DNA of 64,000 nucleotides from Laetmonice hystrix. Its lineage: Eukaryota. Within the stretch, counting starts at the first letter, position 1. Every line of letters starts with the position of its first letter. Below the pieces are notes generated by a model, which had not been told where the DNA came from, did no database searches, and worked only from the letters and a program-made list of their open reading frames with translations. Where the stretch lies: assembly GCA_965235115.1 (NCBI GenBank), contig OZ249436.1, positions 5,024,001 to 5,088,000 on the forward strand, in the 5' to 3' direction. Below, in pieces: positions 1-12,241 of the stretch. Position numbers and translations under genes: made by a program.

Positions 1-111
1 ACCTCTACGGGTATTTATTGCGTGAGATTTCCTGTCGTGAGAAACTGTATTGTTCCATCCCTACTACCGAGACCACATATTATATTCAAACATGAAACTG
101 GATTGACAATA

Positions 112-969
112 TATCGGGTGGATAAAAAAAAACGCCCCGAACTTTAAACTCCAATATTTCAAAAAGTATTGATTGTAATTCAATGAAATTTTTCTTACTA
201 TAACTTCATGATGTTTTCTCTCAGTTGTTAATGTTACAACTCAATAGCTTGGATAATATGTTCGGGGGGCTAAAAACAAAAATCATTGTACAAAAGCGCA
301 ATGCCGGGCTAAAGCGAGTGGTAGTCGCACCAGAGTCCCTGGCCTCACACTAGAGTAGGTGGTCAATTGGTCCCCCGTTTTCACTTCATACTGCTCTCAG
401 TCTCTTTTTACATGCGCCAATGCACGTCCTGATCTCTGATAGGGAATTATCTTCCCATTATTGGGAAATAAGCAGCGTTCTGAACGTGTTGCTAAACGTG
501 ATAATGATACGATTCCACTTGAACTTCTGGTTACAGTCATATCGTCCTAATGTTGCAGTTTCTCTGTAGGGTTTGGCACAGTAAACATCTGGTTTTCTCT
601 AGAAGTACTAGGATTAGCACATAATTTATTATATCTAGTGGTTTACAACATTATACATATTGTAAAACATGCAAAAACTAAATATTGAAAACTTTTTTAC
701 CCAAGGTACAATGCGGTGCATCAAACAGGTCTCAAATTGGACATCTGGCACCTGCATGATATTTGACCTAATTCCGGCATTGTGTTTTTAGACAATGATT
801 TTTGTTTTTAGCGCCACGGGATTAATATCACAGCTATTGAGCTGAAATTTTAACATACAAGAGATAATATCATGAAGTTATATTAAGAGAAATTTTATTG
901 AATTATAATGCAAAGTTATTGAAATATTAAAGTTTAAAGTTCGGGGCGTTTTTTTTTATCCACCCGATA
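112..969. mobile_element. Non-autonomous Tc1/mariner-type MITE, copy 1 (about 860 bp, long imperfect TIRs, TA flanks)
   Basis: Starts TA-TCGGGTGGATAAAAAAAAACGCCCCGAACTTTAAAC and ends GTTTAAAGTTCGGGGCGTTTTTTTTTATCCACCCGA-TA; inverted similarity extends about 190 bp inward; no ORF; a closely similar second copy lies at 35675-36530. Probably in a V-ATPase intron. Confidence 0.85.
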
Positions 970-2088
970 TATAGAATTATTCATTTGTTTTACATTCTCG
1001 TTTTCAGTTTGCTATTAAGATTCAGTCTCTCCCTAGTTACGCTGTAGAATAGCTTGTGCTTCTCACATTCCCGAAATGAAAGAAAAAAACGTCCTGTACT
1101 TATTGGTGGATGATTTCGTAGCGATTTGGTAATAATATGTTTTAATTTATTTCTGTGTCGTGTGTGGGAAATAGCCATTCAGTATACCCAATCATTTCCA
1201 AGGACGAGTGAGTACCATAATGATTCAGTCAAAATGCCATAGGCACAGGGTTTTCTCTCTATTTGTCTGTGCAAGATCTCTCAGTGTTGTAAAACTAGTT
1301 TCTGTGTGATTTATTGTACTAGTACCTGTGTTCAGTTTAGTTTTTAAGTTGATAGTCTGGCCCACAACTCGCTGTGAAATCCAAGTCAAGCTGAAACTTT
1401 TATGTGCAGATATCATTTCTTATGTGGAAATTTGCTGGCTTCCTTTGTCAAATCGCAGCACTGGGATCAAATGTAAACGTGTCGATGCACTAGGATCAAA
1501 TGTATACGTGTCAATTCACTCTCAGAGGCTTTCTGAACAAACATTCTAGGGAATGCACGCTATGTTTTCACAGTTATAATTCATGAAAGAATGCTGTTTT
1601 AACTCGATAAACTATATTACCCCATTGCGTGAACAGTGTGATACCATATACCGGTAATACTAGAGATGGTATCAGTGAGGTAGTTTTTGTAGTGATAACT
1701 CCATCCATCTGTCACCCAGTATTATCCAGTCGTAACACTGAACTGAGTAGAGTTATATAAGGTTTACTGTCTTGTTCTCAACTTCTGTTCTACTCATACC
1801 GAAATTATTAAATCATCAAATTACGTAGCTGACTCTACAAGTACTTGAAACATGCAAATGAATGGAGACAATCACTAGAACTAACATCTTATAGAAGTTG
1901 GAAATGTTTAATGATAAAGAGCAACCCTTTCACAGCTGCTTCCTATGTTGTATGCAATGTCCTCATTTGTGTCAGTATGTAGTCTGAATTAATAACACCA
2001 AACACTTCACAGATTAGTTGTTGTGCCACATGTTTTCCGTTGCCAGTTTGCACTGACCCCTGTTCGACCTTGACCTTTCTGCCTCCAG

Positions 2089-3349
2089 TTGATCTACATG
2101 GTTGACCTAGACCCTCAGGCTGAACTAATCACGGAGAGTACCACTGATTCGGACACTCAGATCCTGACTGACGGCTTGGGGGGTGATGATCCAGCCTCCC
2201 TCGCCACCAACTTCTCCCAGACTGCCGACATGGAGGAAGAGGTCAAAGCAACCTTCATTACTTGACCTCTAATAACATATTCATTTTTACTGCTAAAGCA
2301 GCATTGATCTCAGAAGATGGCTTATATAAATAATTAAATATTAAAAAAATTATTATATTTCCTTTGGTTAAGATTCATATCAAGAAGTATGTCGGTCTTT
2401 ATTTCATCTTTTGGTGTCATACCTTGCCATTTTGATTTGTTGATCATTGTTCTGTTTGCAGTTTGATTTTGGGGAGAGCCTCATTCTCCAAGGCATCCAC
2501 ACTATTGAATTTTGCCTTGGGTGTATTTCTCACACTGCCTCATATCTTCGACTGTGGGCACTAAGTCTTGCTCATGCACGTAAGTAGTTTCTAATGTTTT
2601 GAGAAACTTGTCTTCAAGCAGAATTCACAAAATTCACATCTGAAAGTTGGTAAACACGATCACTTGTTTATTCTTAGTCAACCGTTGTTTTCCATAAATC
2701 TTGATTTAAACTTCACATCTAAAAATATACCTGTACTACAAGATTATCTAGCCATACATTTCAAACTTTCTTACGTATCCTAAGGTGTACAAATTGTTTT
2801 TGAAAGTTTGCTTTTTAATTCAGTATTGGTGAATGTTTTTTGACTGCCTCTTGTAGAGTTATCGGAGGTACTGTGGACCATGGTGTTCCGGATTGGACTG
2901 TCCATTCCAGGGTTTGGCGGCGCCATAGTTACATTTGTTGTGTTTGCACCATGGGCCTTCCTCACCGTTACCATCCTCTTAGCCATGGAAGGACTGTCAG
3001 CGTTCTTACACACACTTCGACTTCATTGGTACGTCATAATGCATGGATAATATGTCATAATGCATGCCTCTCCTGCTGCATGATGGTCTACAAATGACTG
3101 CTGAAATTGTTGTGGATATGCAATGTAATTATGTTTAAAAGCATATCAGATGTTGTGATTTCGTTGATTTTCATTATTACAAGAACTATAAGTATGGACA
3201 TGTTATTATCCTTATCCAAAAATGTAAGTTGATGTAAACATTTTTGGTGTTTCATATCCAGGGTGGAGTTCCAAAGCAAGTTTTACAAAGGAGAAGGCTC
3301 ACCGTTTCAACCGTTTGACTTCAGTGATATCGTAGCAATGGTCGATTAG
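2089..3349 (+). CDS. ATP6V0A1: V-type proton ATPase 116 kDa subunit a, 3' part (gene starts left of window)
   Basis: Exons 2089 (or 2119)-2241, 2462-2579, 2857-3028, 3262-3349 with GT-AG boundaries in consistent phase; translation contains [35 protein letters not shown] and [27 protein letters not shown], the hallmark C-terminal motifs of V0 subunit a; stop TAG at 3347-3349. Paralog identity (a1 versus others) is uncertain. Confidence 0.95.
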
Positions 3350-5745
3350 AACAAGAAGCTGCACGTTTTCTCACAGTTTCTGGGACCACTTTAGCAATTA
3401 TATGTGATATTTATTACCATTTCTCTGAGATTAACTCCTGCAGTATGCGGGAGAGCACACCCCCGCCCTGTTCTCCTGGAGTTTGTTCCTACTTGATAAG
3501 TCACGCTTGAACTCAGTGCCTGAAATGATCATGTTTTATAGTACATGTACCCTGAATCAGGTGGTGTTATTAATCTGTCTACAAGAGTTTTTCATGGTTG
3601 CTCCAGTGTCGAGACTGGGTTCCTCACTTAGAGGCTAGCAATTCTGTTAACGTCCTATTAAACCTTGCCTTCTGTGGCGAGGTGCTATTTGATAAACCGG
3701 AAATATAGGTTTGCCACAGATGAATTGGTCAATGATATGTGCTTATTCTTTTGTATACGCCATGATTATGTGCCATATGACCGTAACGCATTCATGAATT
3801 TAGTCAATCGTGTTATTTAGAAAGAATGAAAACATATTTGTGAATGAATTTCAAAAACATGATTTTTGTGAATCAGTTTTTAGGTAATACGCCCGTGTTT
3901 GAAATACGGTATTAAGTCTCATTGGTTATAATGCAGTAATATATCCGCTGTCAGCTATTGGCTGGGAGAAGACAGAATGCATGTACCGGAGATTTAGGGA
4001 GATATGAGGTCACAAGGTGCACATATATTTCAGTTTAATTATTGATACCACAGCAGAACAATTGAAATGGCTTCATCCTGCTTAAAACTGATAATGTATT
4101 TTCATCTTAGATCTGAATTATTTGTTATGTTCTCTATATCTATATCAGTTCTACTTTCAAATAATCTGAATGGGCCGAAGTGTAGCCTTTTTTCTTTCTG
4201 GTGTATCTCCTTCAGTCCCAAATTGCAATGTTACATTAATATGCAATGTTATCTGATATCCCTCAAATAGTTTCTTGTTTTGTTAGGTATTTGTTTGAAA
4301 TGTTATCGGCGAAGAGTGGCAATACACACACTGGTAAATTTTGATGGATTATTTTACAATGTATCCAGAAAGTAGCGGATAATCTTAATAATTAAGGGAT
4401 CTGTACGATATTGGTCATCATAAGTTTATAGGTGTAATTCACACGTTATTATGGTATACATACTGGGTATTTTTTGTTTTTTTGACAGAAGGCCAGTTTG
4501 GTTAGGTATAGGAATGGATGGTGCTGGTGTAGAGCCATTCAGGATAAATGGTAATGAGGAATATGGAATACATATACCTGAATATGGTCAGCTGCCAGTA
4601 ACATCTTGGATTAATATAAGTTGGCAGTCAAACCAACCCCCTCATTATAACATATCTGGCTTGGACGTATACCTATGGTTACCTATCTACTCTTGTATGG
4701 TATTGTTTTGTTGATTATTAAACACACGTATATTCATGGATTCTTTGTGTTTTGGAATAAAAGGAAGAGTGACAATAAAGGGTCAGACATCCAGTAGAGG
4801 TGGAATGGGTCAAGGACAAATGGTGAGGATATCATTTGGAGTTTACCCTCTATCGGTTCAAACATGATTTTAATAATTTTGAATAAAGGCAATCAGAACT
4901 CGACGTCATTTGGCACTTTGAATTACTCGATTAGCATGGATTACGTGTGTGACGACTTGCTGCTAATTCATTTCAAATTGCTGCAAGTATGCAGCTACTT
5001 TGTAACCTCATGTACCAAATGGTCGGGAAGCAGTCGACAAAGTGACGATTAATTAAATTTATTAGCCACACAGCAGTTCTATTCGCCTATGCTGAAGGTG
5101 GCGTGCGGCTCGCGAGATCCCTGTCCGCTTGCATGAGAGTTACGATGGCATCACCCTTCACTGCCAGCTATCACTTCAAGAACAGAATTATGATGGATAG
5201 AATAAATTATCGCATTTGAAAAGGATTTCTTTTATTAAAAATGCAACTACAATGTACTACAAATAATATCTGACCATCGTTAGCACTTGGCCGTTCAATT
5301 AATACTTGCAAATTAGGAGACTTAACATAATATCTAGAACGTATTCTATGATATGATAGAATCAGTCTATCACAGTGGAGGTGCCACACAAGACCTGACT
5401 GACTCGTGTAGGCGACCAACACAACGGGACCTCACACCTTAACATGGCTGCTCAGATTAAATGTAATAGACCATGATTATTGTTGTAGAACGGGCAACTT
5501 TAATATAGCACTAAATGAGGACGTCTGTGGTAATATTCCTCACTTTCTACGAGATAGCAGAGATAGCCCAGCCGTAATTTGCATGCCAATAAACAGGCAC
5601 AAAATCTATTCTCTATGTACGAGGTATTCTACAACAGTTTCTGTGGCCCTGAAATTGATAAAGTAGATGCTATCCAATTCAACAGTCTTCAAGTTAAGCA
5701 CTCTCTCTATTTACATTGTATGTACATCTTGTGGCACTCGGTACT

Positions 5746-8700
5746 TTATCGCCGTCTCCTCTTTTGAACCGTGTCAAACAAATCTTCCATTTCATCATCA
5801 TCTTCATCATACAGCACACCACGAGATCGGTTTTCCCGTTTCGATGCACCATTTGCCTTACGCTTACGACTGGATGCTGACCCAAATGAGATGTCATCGT
5901 CAGAATCCACAACTGTAATTTCTCTCTCACTGTCCCTACAAGTAAATAAGACTTTAATCAATCAAGACTTATATTATGGTAAACATTATGTCGTATTACA
6001 GGTAGCAATTCACACTACATAATGATACATTCCATGTTACTGGAAACGTTTTAACATTGTTCCATCTGCCTGAAAAAGTCTAGCAAGAAGATAGCAACAG
6101 CATCAACCTATTTCTGCCGTGTTCGAGGAAAAACCAGAAAGATTTGGTGTTGTACATTTTACATGAGAAGCCAGCAAACATTATAATCACTGAGGAGATC
6201 AGGTATACCTTGTCGTTGCTTTCCTCTGCACACCACTACTTCGTCTGGAAGTTTCCTGGGAGGCAAAGGCATCCTGGATTGAGGCAGAGCTTCTGCTGCG
6301 TTCTTCAACAACTGGGGTTTTCCCACGACTACCTCGACCACCACGTCCACCTCTGCTACCCCTGCCTTTAGTCTCTGTACTGGTTCCCGCTCCCCTTCCA
6401 CGGCCACGTCCCCTGCCACGCCCCCTTCCTCTACTACTTGTAGACGGGGTGCTATCGTCAGACTGGTAGTCAGGTTCGTCTTCCTCACTGCCTCGTCCTT
6501 TAGAGGATTCTGGCAGTTTTTTAAGGTTCTCCATGACTTCCTCCTCGCCCTGTCTTGTCTCCTTATAACGCACTATCTCCTGGTCAATTCGATCCTCGTT
6601 GGCTCGTCGATTTTTCAAATGTGTCTGAAAGGAAATATCTTTAATGTCATAAGTCACATTTTAAACAATCTTGTCACATGCTTTCATCAACAATGGACCC
6701 AGCAAGCCCAACCAGGGAATGAGCATTCATCTCGATCTATAGCAGGAAAAAATTATTACATTAAATTATCAAGGACCTCATCAAAAGATTGGAAACGTCT
6801 TTCAATATTTTCATTTTCAGCTTATTGTCTGGGGTCAATTCTGAAGAACGAACTACTACCATGGCATACCTGCATCTTGTCCAACTGATGCTTGACGAGT
6901 TCTTCAATAGCGTCACGTTGATCTTTCTCCACATACATCCCAACTGCTTCAACCACACCTTTTTCACTCAACAGATTCAACTGATGAGCCTGAAACAAGA
7001 CAAATTAAAGACTTGAACTATTTACCAGATACAGTTTTCATTTTCTTTTAATATCTGAACGTAAAATATCACTCTCTATCTGGCACCACTATCTTCTGTA
7101 TGGAACATTCCTCAACAGGTCAAAACATCATATTCAAATATTGACAGGTCCAGTTATAAATACAGGTAAGACGGTAGGAAAGGCTTTAAAGGAAGTAGGA
7201 TATATGCTGCATAACCACAGTTAGCTGGACAAGTATGACATAGTGGTTGTCATTAGTGGGAATGTACACACATATTCTCAGGGTTTCCGCCAGAAAATAA
7301 TTAATGGGGGGGTCTGGGGGCCCTCCCCCACAAATTTTTTTTTCATGAACTCCGGAGATGCGTTTTCCTGGCCTCTCAGAGCGAAAATAGCTTAAAAAAA
7401 CACTGCTCTGCAGATTTATGGGGGGGATATCCCCCTCATGTCCCAATCATGGGGGGGATAAATCCCCCCCGTCCCCCCCTCTGGCGGATGCCCTGATTCT
7501 TACCTTGTCACAGTTAGTGAAGTAAAGCTTGACCATGTCGTCCACACGGGCAGCCTCCAGGCTCTCTGGTCTCAAGTTTTCCAGCATCTCCTTACCTGGC
7601 AATCCAATTACAGATGCTGCATGTTACAATCAGTCAAATAGGAAGAACTGCAGGTATTTCACACTGATATACATTTGTTTAATTATCCCCAGAATTGTTG
7701 CTGTTTTCATACCTTTGTGACTAAATAAATAATCACAATAAAATAAAAACCTCCAGCACCCAATTTGTTAGTGATACTAGAGCTGATTGTTAAGGTTTTT
7801 TTTCAAAAAATAGGAACCAAAAACTAGGGACTCGGAATACTTGTTCAACTTACTTTTTTCATCACCCATTTCATCCTTCAGTGTAGTTTTCTTGCGACGG
7901 TGGAAGAGAATCATATCCATGGGATTTGCAACTCTGTTGACATACTTCTGGCCAAATTTGTAAGTGTGAAATATCTCAAACTCATCACTGTAGTCGACTC
8001 TCAGGCGAATTAATGGCAGTTCTGGTTGGGAACTGTTGCCCATCCGCTCCATCTCTGGTAATATAACACATATATTCAGTCTACTTTATACCTTGGCCAT
8101 TGATCAGGGAAAAGTGTGATTCATTCATGTACAAGATTATAAAGCATAATTCTACTTCTGGGATCTAACTTAACAAGGTCTGGTTATTAACGCTATCGTT
8201 TATTTACAGAGGAGTCAATGACAGATCAACTGGTTATTACCCAATAACTTAACGATATCGTTAATATAACCAGACCTTACTAAGACTGATGTTTTTGATG
8301 TCATAATACATGGATCAAAGTTAATGAAAAGAGGAGCAAATTAGAACCCCTACAGACACAAAGGCTGAGTGTTTGACTTTGCAGAACCTTTACAAATGCA
8401 ATTATTTCAATTTGCTTCTGACTGTGGGGGGAAAATGCTTGATTTCAATCCCTGTCAGAGGTCAGCAACCTGTGTGATACAGCTCACTACACTTAATTCT
8501 AATATAGGTTTTATTCCTTACACACTTCAGAGCTCTTGCTATACCATTCCAGAGTTGCTGTGCTCCCTCGCTGCCCTTTTCTTTCTTGCCGCCCTACCGC
8601 TTTCATATCCTAACTAGGGGTCTGCAGTCCATTAAAAAGTGTCCAACTAACCCCAAGTTATTTCTTAGAATCAATTTGTCTTTGGAATTCAAGAGAACAA

Positions 8701-9787
8701 ATTAAAGGTTTAAAATCAACAAACCTGCTCTGTCTAGTATTGCATCCACTTTTTCCTGACAGTACAGTTCGACATTACGAGCACAGTCAGGATGTTGGGG
8801 ATCAAGGTTTGTTCTCGTCAGTACCAAGTCTTCCATGTAAAACTGACGCACTGTCTTTAGTGGTATTTTCTTCAGCTTAAAATTCTTCCCTCTGACCTCG
8901 AGAAGACCAACATGTTTGGGTTTGGTCTCTCCTTCACTCAGGGAGGTCGCCACTGAGCTTCCTGGCTGAGTTACAAAAAATCCATGTTGGACATTCTGAC
9001 TTGCATCAATTTTACATTCATGTTCATGACCCCAGAACACGAGATCAAGGAAGTCATCCAGGAACTGTTCAGGAATGTAGTTCTTTGGTCCATGTTTGGC
9101 ATGGTTTTGATGAAGTACAAACAGGTTGAACCATTCTTCACCTTGTTCTTTTGGGCGCAACATGTGAACATTTTTGTGAAGGAACATACGATGCAATCGT
9201 TCATCTCTGATAGATCCAAGTCCATACAGCGCCAATTTTGACTGCCCTTTCTGTAGCAACAATGGGCTAATTTCAATTTTTTCAAGGTTTGTGTATTTCC
9301 CAAAATAGTTCACAAGACCTGCCACACTGAGAATATCCAGAGAACAAAGGTTCCCTTGGCCTGTTGGGTCATCATGATTACCATGAATAGAAAATACCGG
9401 CATTGACACATTCAAGTTTGGATCTTCATAATTGACCGTTGGGAACTGGGTGTGACCAAAATTGATTGATGGGTCACTACGGAACTCAATCTGGCATGGT
9501 CTGTCTCCAAGACAATATTTGCGCAACATAACCATCACTTCATGAAGAGCGCGACGAGACGGTTTGTTGTCGTGAAAGAGGTCTCCTCCCAAGAGAACTA
9601 GGTCCACTTCTTCTTTCACGGCAATCTTCAGAATCTCTTCAAATGTTTGGAATGAGTCGGATCCTCGAACACCATCCTTTTCTAAGTATCCAATATGGCA
9701 ATCAGTTGCCAAGAGGATGCGGAAGGTATCATCATCAAGAGACTGGTCGCCATCTCCCCCTGTCCTGTTTGGCATTATGAGACTCAT
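5746..9787 (-). CDS. MRE11: Double-strand break repair nuclease MRE11 (about 700 aa)
   Basis: Exons 9787-8725, 8054-7854, 7616-7504, 6989-6870, 6624-6209, 5935-5746 (2103 nt, phases consistent). Phosphoesterase motifs [55 protein letters not shown]-terminal RGRGRG GAR motif and acidic/basic tail. Confidence 0.97.
7279..7495. mobile_element. Short TIR element (CAGGG...CCCTG) with 5-bp TSD ATTCT, in MRE11 intron 3
   Basis: CAGGGTTTCCGCCAGA at 7279 and TCTGGCGGATGCCCTG ending 7495; ATTCT at 7274-7278 and 7496-7500. Confidence 0.85.
8175..8278. mobile_element. Small hairpin/MITE-like element in MRE11 intron
   Basis: AAGGTCTGGTTATTAACGCTATCGTT ... AACGATATCGTTAATATAACCAGACCTT inverted repeats of about 26 bp. 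Confidence 0.6.
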
Positions 9788-10123
9788 CTGAAAAGATTAT
9801 CAGCATATCAATTCCAGTACAGTACTTTTAAACCTCTTTCACCAATCAAGTTTTCCTGTTTAATATACTTTGCATACCGTTTCCACCTCAAGTAGAGCTT
9901 TAAGTCTAACTACATTTGACCCCTTTGTGTCAAAGGTCTATATCTATTTATTTGACCAACCTCCCCAGCAGTACCTGGTACAAACTACTCTGAGTCTGAG
10001 CCAGTTTCCAGCAAGGCAGTAAACTAGGCCCAGGTTAGTTTTATTTTTATCTCAAATTAGGTGTTTATTACGTGTTAAATGGATAGGCTATTTAGCCATA
10101 GATCATTAGGACCGAAGCTTGAC

Positions 10124-10559
10124 CAGGGGTCGATTTCGATGGGAGTCCGTGAGTCTGAGACTCCCAAAAATCAGGACGGACTCCTGGCTGCCACCTGACC
10201 ATGAGTCCGGTTGTCTCCTAGATATTTACACACAGATTGATGCAGATTTTAACCCAACACCAGGTGACAATCACCCAGTCTCGGGTAACCGAATATCTGC
10301 TACTCAGCAGGGGTCACAAGACTGACAACATGTTTCACTCAGCCCCCTCCCCTTCTCTACCGTGCTGGCTTGATTACTTCCAGTGTTTATGCCAAACTAT
10401 TATGACATGACACCCTGTAATTGGTCATTTTTTTTAACATCCAGTCACGTTGTAATCCCTATAGGCTAGTGGACTCCCACATTTTTTGACGGACTCCTAA
10501 ATTTTGCCACTTGAGAGTCCTGCTGACTCCTAAAAAATCATGCACGAAATCTACCCCTG
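10124..10559. mobile_element. TIR element (CAGGGGT...ACCCCTG) with 5-bp TSD TTGAC
   Basis: CAGGGGTCGATTTCG at 10124, CGAAATCTACCCCTG ending 10559; TTGAC at 10119-10123 and 10560-10564; internal GGACTCC/GAGTCC sub-repeats. Confidence 0.85.
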
Positions 10560-10695
10560 TTGACCCTACCAAATGTTAGACATGGCCACCGTTAACAGCT
10601 CCACATTAAGGATGTGGGAGAGCCCATAGAGAATTTATCAAATGCGATGGTTGGCTTGGTTTCAACACAGATTTCAAACCCCTGTCGCGATGTCT

Positions 10696-11760
10696 ACTTA
10701 CAATGAAATGCCCATGGTAATGTGCATAGATTTCGCTAAATCATCGTGCAGGACATCGTCTATTCCGAAGGTGATTTTGACTGTAAGGGCCTTTTGTTGT
10801 AAATTGAAGCTGTCGTTTCAGGCCCTCTGTCGCCATTTTGAAAGGAAGCCAGTTCCATTTGCACATGCACAGAATAGAAAAACAGCATGGCGGACAGGCG
10901 AGCAAAATAACTCGCCGATTCGATTACAAACCAGCCGTAATATATTACAGAAGGAGTGCATCACTTCCTAAACTGCAAGTCGGGTCCGTAGGCTCCGGAA
11001 GCCATTTGTGGTGCACTGAGTGACCGGGAACTGATAAAAGTTAGATCGCTACTGGTACCCGAAACGGGTAGCTTCATTCTGTGCCGTCAGCGTCTGCTTG
11101 AGCAGGTAGCGCGACCTACTTATGCGGTCCGTTCCGGATCCACTGAAGAGGTCGGGAATTTTCTTTTAATTATTTTTATTTTATTTTAGTACTTCACAGC
11201 CACAGCACAGGTCTCAGCTTCAGGATAACCCCCCCCCCCCCCCCCCGAAATGTCCCATGTCATGTGCACTTTCATGGCTTTGCCAAATATAGCTTTTTTA
11301 TTATAGGCCTAGGCTAACCCCATTCCGACTTCGTCCCGGTAGCCCCCCCCCCCCCCCCCCTAAGCGAAAATCTTGGACCCGCCCCTGGCTGTGGATTGTA
11401 GGTACGGTACTCCGTAGATCTATCATCTAGTCCTTTTATCGCCCATTTCTCGCGCCTTGGTAAAGTTGATAGCGCCGACTCGAAAGTCTGCACCCTGTAT
11501 TTTACGTGTTGTACCATTTGTCAAGTTACAGAACTCCATTCAGGGGATAGAGGTGTATCATATTTTATGTTCTGACCTTAATCCTGACGGTTCCTTCCAA
11601 CAACGAATGACAAACCTTTGATTTCCCCCCCGTAGTTTTCAGTGTCCAAAAGTCCAACTTCGGTCGAGGGTGGGGATCGGTAAGTCGGCATATTCCCGCC
11701 AGACGGCGCCATTTCCGCTGAGCGCAGCGCATTATGGGAACTCACCATAGTGATTATGAC
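10696..11760. promoter_or_regulatory. Putative divergent promoter region between MRE11 (-) and CFAP96 (+)
   Basis: Genes are head-to-head; the region is CpG-richer; YY1-like CGCCATTTTG (10831) and GGCGCCATTT (about 11705); ZNF143/Staf-like GCATTATGGGAA (11729-11740); minus-strand donor GTAAGT at 10701-10696 could end a non-coding MRE11 first exon, since the MRE11 ATG sits directly after a TTTTCAG acceptor. Confidence 0.5.
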
Positions 11761-12241
11761 AACAGTGATGGTTGACTACATCATGTTGTAAACCAACTAG
11801 GCCTACACTCTAAACTGGGCTAATTTAAGGATAACAACAAGTTGAGCCAACCCTTTCCTCTTAATTGTGTTTATCCCAACTTCGTATAAACATCTCTGTG
11901 AATGCCGGTTGTTTCAAATGCGGGATAAACGGGAAAGAGAAACACCACATTCTTAGCCGTAGCGTAGCCGTAGGCGGGCAAGGCAAGCCAAGGCCCGGGC
12001 CCAAACAAACAAGGCCAGGCAAACACCGAGGCGAAGACGAAGCCGAGAACCTCGACAGAGTTGGGGTTTTTGATGACTGCTAAAGAACGGAGACCCAACC
12101 CCCGAAGTTAAAGTCATTGAGTAATCTCCGTATCAGTGCTAGAGGTGATCCAACCAGTGCCACCTTTCATTGGTTATATCGATTTGGAATACACGACGAC
12201 CCCAAGAACATCTTACGTGAAGTGGAAGGAAATCATTCAAA

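Noticed and set aside
6200..6208. MRE11 intron 5 donor GTATACCTG as U12-type
   Set aside because: Does not match GTATCCTT and no U12 branch site was seen near the acceptor.
6981..6996. CTGATGAGCCTGAAAC resembling a hammerhead ribozyme core
   Set aside because: No room for stem II and no flanking stems; it is the antisense of the MRE11 exon 4 acceptor.
10887..10910. ATGGCGGAC as the CFAP96 start
   Set aside because: Stops after 7 codons; homology to C4orf47 begins at the ATG at 12242.
11741..11754. RFX X-box upstream of the ciliary gene CFAP96
   Set aside because: CTCACCATAGTGAT has three mismatches to the consensus; too weak to call.
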